From a virus (taxonomy: Duplodnaviria; Caudoviricetes): DNA of 41,615 nucleotides. The DNA lies in IMG/VR virus record IMGVR_UViG_3300027744_000042, positions 1 through 41,615 of that record, one strand, 5' to 3'. Within the stretch, counting starts at the first letter, position 1. Each line of letters opens with the position of its first letter. Position numbers and translations under genes: made by a program. The notes beneath the pieces were generated by a model. The model was given only the letters and a program-made list of their open reading frames with translations. It searched no databases and was not told the origin of the DNA. Positions 26,051 through 33,798 of this stretch are shown in pieces.

Positions 26051-26338
26051 CAAGATTATGCGCCTTTACTACAAAGCCGCCGCCAGGTAAGAGTATATAC
26101 TATATATAAAGACTACTAAACATATAACTAATACATAAGTACTACCAAACTAATAGTAAAAAAGCCATAGAAAAAGTTCATGGTTTTGTGCAAAGGAAAG
26201 AGGGCCGGGGTACCACGCCCAGCCCGCACACTTTGTACACACACAAACCGGGGCGATGCCCCTCTTGCACTGTACCCGATTTCTGCTAAAATTTGCAAGC
26301 AATCGGGGGCAACCCGTACGCACACACCACAAAAACCA

Positions 26339-26764
26339 ATGACCTCCTTTAATTTTCAGTCTGTTCAGACCTTAGCAATTTCTGAGGAAGACCATCCTGT
26401 CATCGATGTTCAGAACAATATGCTGGTCTTGACGGCCAAGCGTGGGTCAGAACGGATCATGATTACAGCTCCTATCCAGAGCATTGTGCCTGTTTCAGTT
26501 GTAACAAAAGTTAAAGCTGCAAAACGCACGACAGTTAGCCCGCTGCTTGGCATTCCTAAAAGTGTAGGCATTGCTAACGGCATGGCCAAGTTAAATGATG
26601 AGTCAGTCAAAGCTATTTGGTCATTTTTAGATGACCCTGATTTTGTAGCAACATATAAATCTGTAACTGCAATGTACAAAGACATTGCAAAAGCATTTTA
26701 TGTTAGCCCCTGGGCGATCAAAAATATTCATGAAGGCCTTAGCTGGAAGCACATTAAAAAATGA
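26339..26764 (+). CDS. Protein with C-terminal HTH of the type appended to HNH homing endonucleases
   Basis: NGMAKLNDESV...IAKAFYVS...I..GLSWKHI; no HNH core seen. Confidence 0.65.
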   Translation: MTSFNFQSVQTLAISEEDHPVIDVQNNMLVLTAKRGSERIMITAPIQSIVPVSVVTKVKAAKRTTVSPLLGIPKSVGIANGMAKLNDESVKAIWSFLDDPDFVATYKSVTAMYKDIAKAFYVSPWAIKNIHEGLSWKHIKK

Positions 26765-27153
26765 ACTTAAAAACTTACAAAGCTGTTGTTTCTTTTGGTG
26801 ATGGCAAACCAAAAGAAACTTTTGTTGCAGCTAAAAACTTAGTAGAAGCAGTTGATTTGCTTACTTTGAAACACCCTGGCGCTAGGAATATTTATTTAGG
26901 TGGTCCTCCTTTCAATTTTGTACAACCAGCAAAAGTTAATGATTCTGTTGTAACTCAAGATAACAGTTCTTCTTTGACATTTAATAGCACTCTTCGTGTT
27001 ATTAGCAAAAAACGTTTAATCAAAGAAGTAGTTAAATCTCGTCACAACGGTGCTTCTTATGAAGAAATTGCAATCAAATTCAAAGTAAACAAAGGTACCG
27101 CACGCAATTGGGTATCAAATGCAAACAACCTTCAACAACAAACTCATGTCTGA
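26761..27153 (+). CDS. HTH-containing protein
   Basis: GASYEEIAIKFKVNKGTARNWV. Confidence 0.65.
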   Translation: MNLKTYKAVVSFGDGKPKETFVAAKNLVEAVDLLTLKHPGARNIYLGGPPFNFVQPAKVNDSVVTQDNSSSLTFNSTLRVISKKRLIKEVVKSRHNGASYEEIAIKFKVNKGTARNWVSNANNLQQQTHV

Positions 27154-27397
27154 ACTTCCTGTTGACACTGCTAATGATTCTGAACTTTCAACATTAATTT
27201 CTGAATACGAAGTTACAGAACAAAGTTCTTTGGTGTGTACTTACGACGAAGAGACACGTCAAATGCAATTTGAGTGGGATGAAAATAAAAATCCTGAATA
27301 CAATTACTTGCTTTCAATGACTTCAGAAGATCTCATTGAAAAAATAATTCGTTGGGTTACAAGCGAAGATGCTGCTGTTAATGCTGAGGTTAAATGA
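27146..27397 (+). CDS. Acidic hypothetical protein
   Basis: FEWDExxPEY motif. Confidence 0.6.
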   Translation: MSELPVDTANDSELSTLISEYEVTEQSSLVCTYDEETRQMQFEWDENKNPEYNYLLSMTSEDLIEKIIRWVTSEDAAVNAEVK

Positions 27398-27720
27398 AAC
27401 GTTTCTATTTTCTTGGATTTTTGGCAGCTATTTTTAACAGCACTGCAGCTTATGCACGCACAGTTACAGCAACTGTTTACGATCCTTGGTATAGTAATCG
27501 ACCAGATTATTGTGGGGGCACCTATCGTCATTGGGAAATTTCAGCAGCCCATCCTTTTCTTCCGTGTAACACCAGGGTAACCGTTAAAAACGGTAATCGT
27601 ACATTGGTTGTTCCTATTAGAGACAGATGTGATTGCAACTCTATTGATTTATCTGCAGGAGCAGCTTATCGATTAGGTGTTCCTCTCAATGGTGTTGCTC
27701 GTGTGAAGATTTCTTACTAA
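27394..27720 (+). CDS. RlpA-like double-psi beta-barrel protein (lytic transglycosylase family) with signal peptide
   Basis: ATVY, SAAHPFLPCNTRVTV, IRDR, IDLSAGAAxxLG; AYA signal peptidase site. Confidence 0.85.
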   Translation: MKRFYFLGFLAAIFNSTAAYARTVTATVYDPWYSNRPDYCGGTYRHWEISAAHPFLPCNTRVTVKNGNRTLVVPIRDRCDCNSIDLSAGAAYRLGVPLNGVARVKISY

Positions 27721-28445
27721 TGATTAAACAATTTGATTGGAAATTTTCAACAAACAAAGAATTGTTTGCTGATCTCAAGGTTACAGAATTACCTGATAAC
27801 AAAAAACCCATGACAAAAATGTTTCGTTACGATCTTGAGTTTAATGAAGACACTCATTGGAAGTTAGTTCAACTTAGCGCATTAAAAAAGATGCATCAAG
27901 AAGATTTTGTTGAAGAATTACTTACCTGTGTAATGGAAGTTTTACTTATGGATGAAGAAAAAGAAGAAAAAGAAAAAGACACTCAGGCTAACCATATTGA
28001 AAACATCAACAAAGGCGTAGCCCACGAGGCGGCCCGCAGCCGGGAGGTAGCAGAACTTAGGGCAGAACTAGAGCGCGAACGGATTCGCCTAGCTGCTTGT
28101 GGGGTTGTTGCAAAAGCAGACACCCCTGAGTCTGCGAAAAAAGCCCGTGACATGCACCCTGACTATCACAGTGCCTCTCTTGATGATGTCATTAGCATGG
28201 TGGATGCGTTGATGGCTGAACGTGCTAGGCAGGCCCGCAGCCAGGAGGTGGCGGAACCTGCGCCAGTGGCGGGGGGATTGATGGAGCGGGTGAAGCTTGC
28301 TATTGACATCGCCCTGTATGACGAAGACGATCATCAATGGAATGAAAGCCGCGCCGCCATACTTGAGGTGGCGAAGTGGCTGCGAGAGCAGGGCACCCCT
28401 GCAAGTGGCTGGGCCATGCGCCTTGAGCAGGAGGCAGAGCGATGA
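27720..28445 (+). CDS. Mosaic hypothetical protein
   Basis: AT-rich N-half fused to GC-rich modules; internal repeat ARSxEVAE. Confidence 0.6.
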   Translation: MIKQFDWKFSTNKELFADLKVTELPDNKKPMTKMFRYDLEFNEDTHWKLVQLSALKKMHQEDFVEELLTCVMEVLLMDEEKEEKEKDTQANHIENINKGVAHEAARSREVAELRAELERERIRLAACGVVAKADTPESAKKARDMHPDYHSASLDDVISMVDALMAERARQARSQEVAEPAPVAGGLMERVKLAIDIALYDEDDHQWNESRAAILEVAKWLREQGTPASGWAMRLEQEAER

Positions 28446-28497
28446 CAGACCCCACCCCCGACGATTGCGACGGAAAAGACAATGAACCAAAAAAACT

Positions 28498-29121
28498 ATG
28501 ACTGTTGAACTTGTTCACTGCACGCCAAATGCAGAAGCTTTAATAACAAAAATGGCTAGGGTATCTAACCCAGACAATGAAAACAACACAGCAACAGCAC
28601 CAAAACTTTTGCGGTATCTAATTGATCACCAGCACTGGAGCCCCTTTGAAATGTGTAGCTTTTGTGTAAAGATTGACACTGAACGTGATATTTCTGCACA
28701 GATATTACGTCATCGTTCATTTAGTTTCCAAGAGTTTAGTACTAGGTATGCCCAGGTACATGAACTTACTATTCCAAAATTGCGTAAACAGGATTTAAAG
28801 AATAGACAAAATAGTACAAATGATCTTGATTTAGGTACAGTAGCTGTTTTAACCGAAGAAATTATGACGTTATACATGCAAGCTAGCGAACTTTATCAAG
28901 ACATGCTTGACAATGGTGTAGCCAAAGAATGTGCACGTCGCATTCTCCCACTTAGTACACAAACTACTTTATATATGCACGGCAACCTACGGTCGTGGAT
29001 ACATTATATCAATGTGCGTGCATCAAAAGAAACACAGCTAGAGCATCGGTTAATTGCAGAAGACTGCAAACAAATTTTCATTGAACAATTCCCTACTATT
29101 GGAGAGGCTGCATTCAAATGA
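28498..29121 (+). CDS. thyX: Flavin-dependent thymidylate synthase
   Basis: HWSPFE, RHRSFSFQEFSTRY, AKECARxILP, GNLRSW. Confidence 0.95.
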   Translation: MTVELVHCTPNAEALITKMARVSNPDNENNTATAPKLLRYLIDHQHWSPFEMCSFCVKIDTERDISAQILRHRSFSFQEFSTRYAQVHELTIPKLRKQDLKNRQNSTNDLDLGTVAVLTEEIMTLYMQASELYQDMLDNGVAKECARRILPLSTQTTLYMHGNLRSWIHYINVRASKETQLEHRLIAEDCKQIFIEQFPTIGEAAFK

Positions 29122-29276
29122 TTGAATTTATTTTAGTTTATTCGTTCTTTGCTTCTTGTATGGCTATTGCTGCTTACTCTATTACTAATAAAACAGATTG
29201 GTTTGGGCTTTTGATTGTAAGTTTATTTTGGCCTTGGTTTCTTGTTGCTTCTTTATTTTCAATGTTAATTAAATGA
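29118..29276 (+). CDS. 52-aa two-TM membrane protein (not in the ORF track)
   Basis: MIEFILVYSFFASCMAIAAYSI...WFGLLIVSLFWPWFLVASLF; ATGA overlaps at both ends. Confidence 0.6.
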   Translation: MIEFILVYSFFASCMAIAAYSITNKTDWFGLLIVSLFWPWFLVASLFSMLIK

Positions 29277-29458
29277 CTGATCAAACTTTTATTCACTGTT
29301 CAGGTTACGTAGCTGCATCGGATAATGTGGCTCTATTGTGGGGTGGCCGCACAGCCGATGAAGGAACTGACTCTTGGAATGTGACATCTGGTGGTGGTCT
29401 GCCAGAATTACCTAGTCAATACGGCACTGCACCGGAGCTCAGCAATGAACCCTTCTGA
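29273..29458 (+). CDS. Chimeric or remnant ORF sharing its N-terminus with 29778
   Basis: First 36 nt 35/36 identical to 29778-29813. Confidence 0.4.
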   Translation: MTDQTFIHCSGYVAASDNVALLWGGRTADEGTDSWNVTSGGGLPELPSQYGTAPELSNEPF

Positions 29459-29699
29459 AGAAGTTACAGAATTAATTCAAATAACTATTCCTCTTGAGGA
29501 TCATTGTTTTGCTTATATAAATGAAGACATTACTATTCAAATAAGTACCAGAGGTACTGAGCCAGTTGTTTTAGTTAGTGCTTTTGTTTCTTATATGAAA
29601 GCACTACAGTTTGATCCTGAAGCAATTGAATCGGCTTTGTATAAAGTTGCAGCCGCAATGCGATCTTTTAGATTACCTGGTTGCGATCTTAAACTTTAA
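29445..29699 (+). CDS. Hypothetical protein
   Basis: GGAG SD before ATG 29445. Confidence 0.6.
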   Translation: MNPSEEVTELIQITIPLEDHCFAYINEDITIQISTRGTEPVVLVSAFVSYMKALQFDPEAIESALYKVAAAMRSFRLPGCDLKL

Positions 29700-29712
29700 A
29701 AAGTAGATCAAT

Positions 29713-29740
29713 CGTCCTGAGTATGACGTAGAACTGTTCA
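29713..29740 (+). ncRNA. H-type pseudoknot leader, copy 2 (variant)
   Basis: CGTC/GACG and TGAGTA/TGTTCA with TAGAAC linker; stem 2 differs from the other copies but still pairs. Confidence 0.6.
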
Positions 29741-29777
29741 CCAAGGATGATAAGCTGAATGCTCTTTGGAACTGTTA

Positions 29778-29966
29778 ATGACTAATCAAACTTTTATTCA
29801 CTGTTCAGGTTACTACGATCAAAAAGGGCTTGCTTCCCTGATGCTCAGAATGCAATCTCATAACATCGTTATTGAGAACCTTTCTCAAGAAGATTTACAT
29901 GAGATTATGGGCTGTGTTTATGCTCTGCTTACTGCCAACGCAAACCTTGCACAACCTCCTGCATGA
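29778..29966 (+). CDS. Hypothetical protein
   Basis: ATGA overlap with the next gene. Confidence 0.6.
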   Translation: MTNQTFIHCSGYYDQKGLASLMLRMQSHNIVIENLSQEDLHEIMGCVYALLTANANLAQPPA

Positions 29967-30274
29967 ACTGTCCTGAATGTAAGTGGGTTACACACCGCAC
30001 AGTAGTAGTAACACAAGCTTTAGATGATCAAATTGTACGTAAACGTAAATGTTGTGCATGCCACCATGTTTGGTTTACTGTTGAAGTTGTTGTACCTAAT
30101 TATGCTATAGGTTGGTCGCCAGTGCATAAAGGTAAGCCTGTATTAAGAGCGCCTTTAACTATTACAACTTCTTTTATTGAAGCAAAGGATAGTCTTGTAA
30201 ATCTTACAATTGCACGTGAAAAACGTGAACAAGAATACATTGACAAACTAGAAGAAGAACTTAAAATTGTTTAA
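29963..30274 (+). CDS. NrdR-like zinc-ribbon protein (no ATP cone)
   Basis: MNCPEC...IVRKRKCxxCxxxWFTVE. Confidence 0.75.
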   Translation: MNCPECKWVTHRTVVVTQALDDQIVRKRKCCACHHVWFTVEVVVPNYAIGWSPVHKGKPVLRAPLTITTSFIEAKDSLVNLTIAREKREQEYIDKLEEELKIV

Positions 30275-30294
30275 AGAGTTTTAGCAAAAATATG

Positions 30295-30591
30295 TGTTAA
30301 AATTTCGTTGGTTCTGCAGACCCCAGTGGCCACTGGTTGGCGTACCTTTTGGTTCAGGCCCAATTGGTACGTCTGTATTTACGAAGAGTGTGAGTTCCAG
30401 GCCGCACCTGGTTAAGTTCCTATTGCGGAACACTCACACTCTTAAAAATTCTGTATTTAAAGTGGGGCGGGGTTGCACCGTGATCAATGGTACAACCCTT
30501 CGCTTACATGTCTCAGGAAACAACAAAAACTGAGACACCCCGGTAATACGGCCGTGACGTTGTTCTTCTTCCGACCAAAGAAATCTTAACA
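30295..30591 (+). ncRNA. Large multi-domain structured RNA candidate
   Basis: 19-bp closing stem, two related three-way junctions, 12-bp and 8-bp perfect stems; G-U pattern favours the + strand. Confidence 0.7.
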
Positions 30592-30694
30592 TGATTCCAC
30601 CTATTTCTTTGCTTTGGTTTCGCGCTACGGCAAAATGTTTTCGTGCTGTACCGCTTGTTGTGGTCAGCATTACTTGTATCTTTTTGTTAACAAA

Positions 30695-30982
30695 ATGACT
30701 TACGTAAATCCTAAAAAAAATCCAAACGCTTGGCTTGCCCAAACTTGCAAAGCACTGCTTAAGGACGTTACAAAAGAATCAAATGAAGCAGTGTGGGAAA
30801 TTGTAGATATCCTTATTGATTATGTAGAGCCTGGCTTAATAGATCAAGCGTTTGCTCCATCGATAGAGCAGTACATGGAGATTTTGGAAGAATACGAAAA
30901 GATGAATAATAGTTCTGCCCAGATGTATTTGCAAGTAAATTCTCGGGAAGTACAGGACGAATCCAATACTGTTCTCGAATAG
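30695..30982 (+). CDS. Hypothetical protein
   Basis: ATG 30695; 3' end overlaps the convergent gene. Confidence 0.55.
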   Translation: MTYVNPKKNPNAWLAQTCKALLKDVTKESNEAVWEIVDILIDYVEPGLIDQAFAPSIEQYMEILEEYEKMNNSSAQMYLQVNSREVQDESNTVLE

Positions 30983-31415
30983 GATCTTCGGGATAAGGCG
31001 GACGATACCAAAAAAACTTCCGCTCATCACGATTAATTGCCCATTCTGGATGATATTTGTGCCATCTGCTCCATGCATAAAACTGCCGATCTGGATCACC
31101 TGATGTGCAATCAAGTTGTATTACGTCACCTGGTTCAACAAACCAACGCAATTTAAGAACTTCTTGAAATCCTTTGGCAATTGCTTTTATTCCAGATTTG
31201 CCAACAAGTTTGTTTTCCAGGGATCGTCGACGTTTGTTATTGCGTCGCCAATACCAGTCGTTTAGTTGGCGACGTGACTTGCCTACCGCAAATCCTACGT
31301 TCCAAATCCAAAACCCAGGCCTGTACTCTCTAATAGGCTCTAAAAAAATTTTACACAGTTGACCGTTAACCGTGAATGTAGACGTTCTATTGTGGCGGCT
31401 AACACGGTACGTCAC
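30813..31415 (-). CDS. Trp/Arg-rich hypothetical protein
   Basis: 200-aa ORF fills a gap with no long + strand ORF. Confidence 0.65.
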   Translation of the reverse strand: MTYRVSRHNRTSTFTVNGQLCKIFLEPIREYRPGFWIWNVGFAVGKSRRQLNDWYWRRNNKRRRSLENKLVGKSGIKAIAKGFQEVLKLRWFVEPGDVIQLDCTSGDPDRQFYAWSRWHKYHPEWAINRDERKFFWYRPPYPEDPIREQYWIRPVLPENLLANTSGQNYYSSFRILPKSPCTALSMEQTLDLLSQALHNQ

Positions 31416-31417
31416 TG

Positions 31418-31702
31418 ATGGAAGAGTTAATGATGTTGATCCAAAAGGACGACGAACTCTGGGAGATTGTTGAACAACTAAAGCACCCAGACGATTCTTT
31501 GGATGATTTCATCCTTAGTGTAGCTCAAATGTTCTCGATTGAGTTTGAGATCCTTCATCGCGGTGACCTTAGCGAAAAGCTAAGTGCTTTGTTTGGTGGC
31601 TTGCCTCCAGCAGCGTTCAAGATGGCTCCTCTCTTGATCCACATTGCTTTGGACCTTTTCCTCATGCGGGCCATTCCTAACCGCGAAGCGCTTGAGGACT
31701 GA
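31418..31702 (+). CDS. Hypothetical helical protein
   Basis: ORF track; operon with pol. Confidence 0.7.
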   Translation: MEELMMLIQKDDELWEIVEQLKHPDDSLDDFILSVAQMFSIEFEILHRGDLSEKLSALFGGLPPAAFKMAPLLIHIALDLFLMRAIPNREALED

Positions 31703-31705
31703 GCC

Positions 31706-31951
31706 ATGCACAGCGGTTACGTCCTTTGCACCGATGATCTGGACTCAGTGCTATGCTTTACCAGCAACAAGCAAAGCTTTGAACTGATGCCAGTTGATAA
31801 TACAGCTGTACTAAACAAAGCTTTATGCGTTTACGATTTGACAGAAGCGTACAACGTGTTAAAACTTGTTGCAGCTACATCAGATTATTCCAATGTTGCT
31901 AAAAACCTGCAACCCAAAAACATTGCCCGATTGTATAACAAATTTTACTAA
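31706..31951 (+). CDS. Hypothetical protein
   Basis: GAGG SD; TAATG overlap with pol. Confidence 0.7.
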   Translation: MHSGYVLCTDDLDSVLCFTSNKQSFELMPVDNTAVLNKALCVYDLTEAYNVLKLVAATSDYSNVAKNLQPKNIARLYNKFY

Positions 31952-33798
31952 TGGCAAAGTATATCTTTGACGTTGAGTCTGATGGATTACTATCAACTAT
32001 AACTAAATTGCATTGTATTGTACTCAAGAATATTGAGGACAATACTGTAATTAGTTGTGCAAATCATTTAGGTTATCCTTCTATTGAAACTGCTTTAGAT
32101 TATATCAGCGAAGCAGATCTTTTGATTGGGCATAACATTCTTAAGTACGATATTCCCGCACTTGCAAAACTTTATCCAAGCCTTAAGTTAAAATCTACTT
32201 GTCAATTTTATGACACGCTTGTCTCCAGTAGGCTTTTTTGGCCTGAATTAGAACCTGTAGACCGCGCAAAGTGGTCGCACATTGAGTCAAAGTACATTGG
32301 TCGCCATTCTTTGGCTGCCTGGGGTGAGCGGTTAGGCGTCGCTAAAATTAAATTCACTGAAAATACCAAGAAAGAAGACAAAACTGTAAATCCTTGGGCG
32401 CAGTGGACGCCTGAAATGCAAATTTACTGTGAACAAGACGTTGCGGTATCCGACGTTTTGTATCGTTATATGTTATCTCAAGAAGCTGATTCACGTTCTC
32501 TTGATTTAGAGCACGAATTTGCTATTGTGATGGCAAAACAAGAACAATTTGGATTTCCTTTTAATGAGAAAGCAGCTTTTGCATTAGTTAATACACTTAA
32601 AGCTGAACGATCTGAGATTAACGATCAGCTTCAAGAAGTATTTCCTACTGTTATTGAGAAGCGCACTTCTCTTAAAACAGGAAAACCTCTCAAAAATAAA
32701 GTCACAATCTTTAATCCTGCTTCCCGCCAGCAAACAGCAGAGCGCCTCACGGCTCTTTATCCTGAAATTACGTTTAACTCCACGGATAAAGGGAATCCTC
32801 AGGTAGATGATGACGTGCTTGAAGCGTTAGGGGCTAAGTATCCTGAGGCTAAGATCTTAGCGCGGTATCAACTGTTAAACAAACGTCTTGGACAACTATC
32901 AGATGGCAAGGAAGCTTGGCTTAAACACTGTCAAATCTATAAAGATGGACGCATTCACGGAGAAATCGTTACTAATGCTTGCGTTTCTGGGCGATGCGCT
33001 CACAAAAGGCCCAACATGGCGCAGGTACCTAGCGTCGGTCACGCTTATGGGGCTGAGTGCCGCGCTTTGTTTTATGCCCCTGAAGGGTGGCAATTAGTTG
33101 GCGCCGACGCATCAGGACTTGAGCTCAGGGCGCTTGGAGCAATGCTCGCGCACTTTGATGGAGGAGAGTATGCACAACTTGTTAGTAACCCTGACAGGGA
33201 TGTTCATTTCCATAATGCTTGTTTGTTCGGTATTCATAGTGCTGATAGCCCTATAGATAAAACAACAAGAGATCTAAGTAAACGTTTAATTTATTGTATT
33301 TTGTACGGAGGTGGAGCTAAAAAGACTGGTTCAATTATAGCTCCTGACAAAAATGAAGACCAACAGTATAGATTAGGCAAGAAAACTATTGACACATTTT
33401 ATTCAAACTTGCCTGCAATCAAACAACTTAAAGATGCAATTGCAAAACGCGTTGAACAACGTGGTTATTTGCTAGGCATTGATGGTCGGCGCTTACCAAT
33501 CCGCTCATTGCATTCAGCTTTGAATCAGTTGTTACAATCTACTGGCGCTATCACAGTTAAAAAAGCTACTACAATTCTCTATAATGATATGACCTCCAGG
33601 GGTTTAGAGTTTGGTAAAGATTACGGCTTTGTTGCACACGTACATGACGAAGTGCAGGCATTAGTTCGACCTGAGTATGTCAATCTTTACAAAAATTTAG
33701 CTATTGATTCGTTCCGTAAAGCTGGTGAATATTTTAATTTAAAGTGTCCAATGACTGGCGAAGCCAGGGTAGGACAAAACTGGATGGAAACGCATTAA
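31951..33798 (+). CDS. Family A DNA polymerase with 3'-5' exonuclease (T7/cyanopodovirus type)
   Basis: ExoI FDVESD, ExoII GHNILKYD, ExoIII YCEQD, motif A GADASGLE, motif B RxxxKRLIYCILYG (Tyr at the 762-equivalent position), motif C HVHDE. Confidence 0.95.
   Translation: MAKYIFDVESDGLLSTITKLHCIVLKNIEDNTVISCANHLGYPSIETALDYISEADLLIGHNILKYDIPALAKLYPSLKLKSTCQFYDTLVSSRLFWPELEPVDRAKWSHIESKYIGRHSLAAWGERLGVAKIKFTENTKKEDKTVNPWAQWTPEMQIYCEQDVAVSDVLYRYMLSQEADSRSLDLEHEFAIVMAKQEQFGFPFNEKAAFALVNTLKAERSEINDQLQEVFPTVIEKRTSLKTGKPLKNKVTIFNPASRQQTAERLTALYPEITFNSTDKGNPQVDDDVLEALGAKYPEAKILARYQLLNKRLGQLSDGKEAWLKHCQIYKDGRIHGEIVTNACVSGRCAHKRPNMAQVPSVGHAYGAECRALFYAPEGWQLVGADASGLELRALGAMLAHFDGGEYAQLVSNPDRDVHFHNACLFGIHSADSPIDKTTRDLSKRLIYCILYGGGAKKTGSIIAPDKNEDQQYRLGKKTIDTFYSNLPAIKQLKDAIAKRVEQRGYLLGIDGRRLPIRSLHSALNQLLQSTGAITVKKATTILYNDMTSRGLEFGKDYGFVAHVHDEVQALVRPEYVNLYKNLAIDSFRKAGEYFNLKCPMTGEARVGQNWMETH

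Noticed and set aside
30509-30537. Yfr2-like or tmRNA tag similarity of the GGAAACA-containing loop
   Set aside because: Single heptamer only; no Yfr2 5' motif, tRNA-like domain or tag ending in Ala-Ala
30294-30742. ORFs 30294..30533 (+) and 30434..30742 (-), and possible TGA read-through at 30434
   Set aside because: Peptides look random, and dense base-pairing explains the region better
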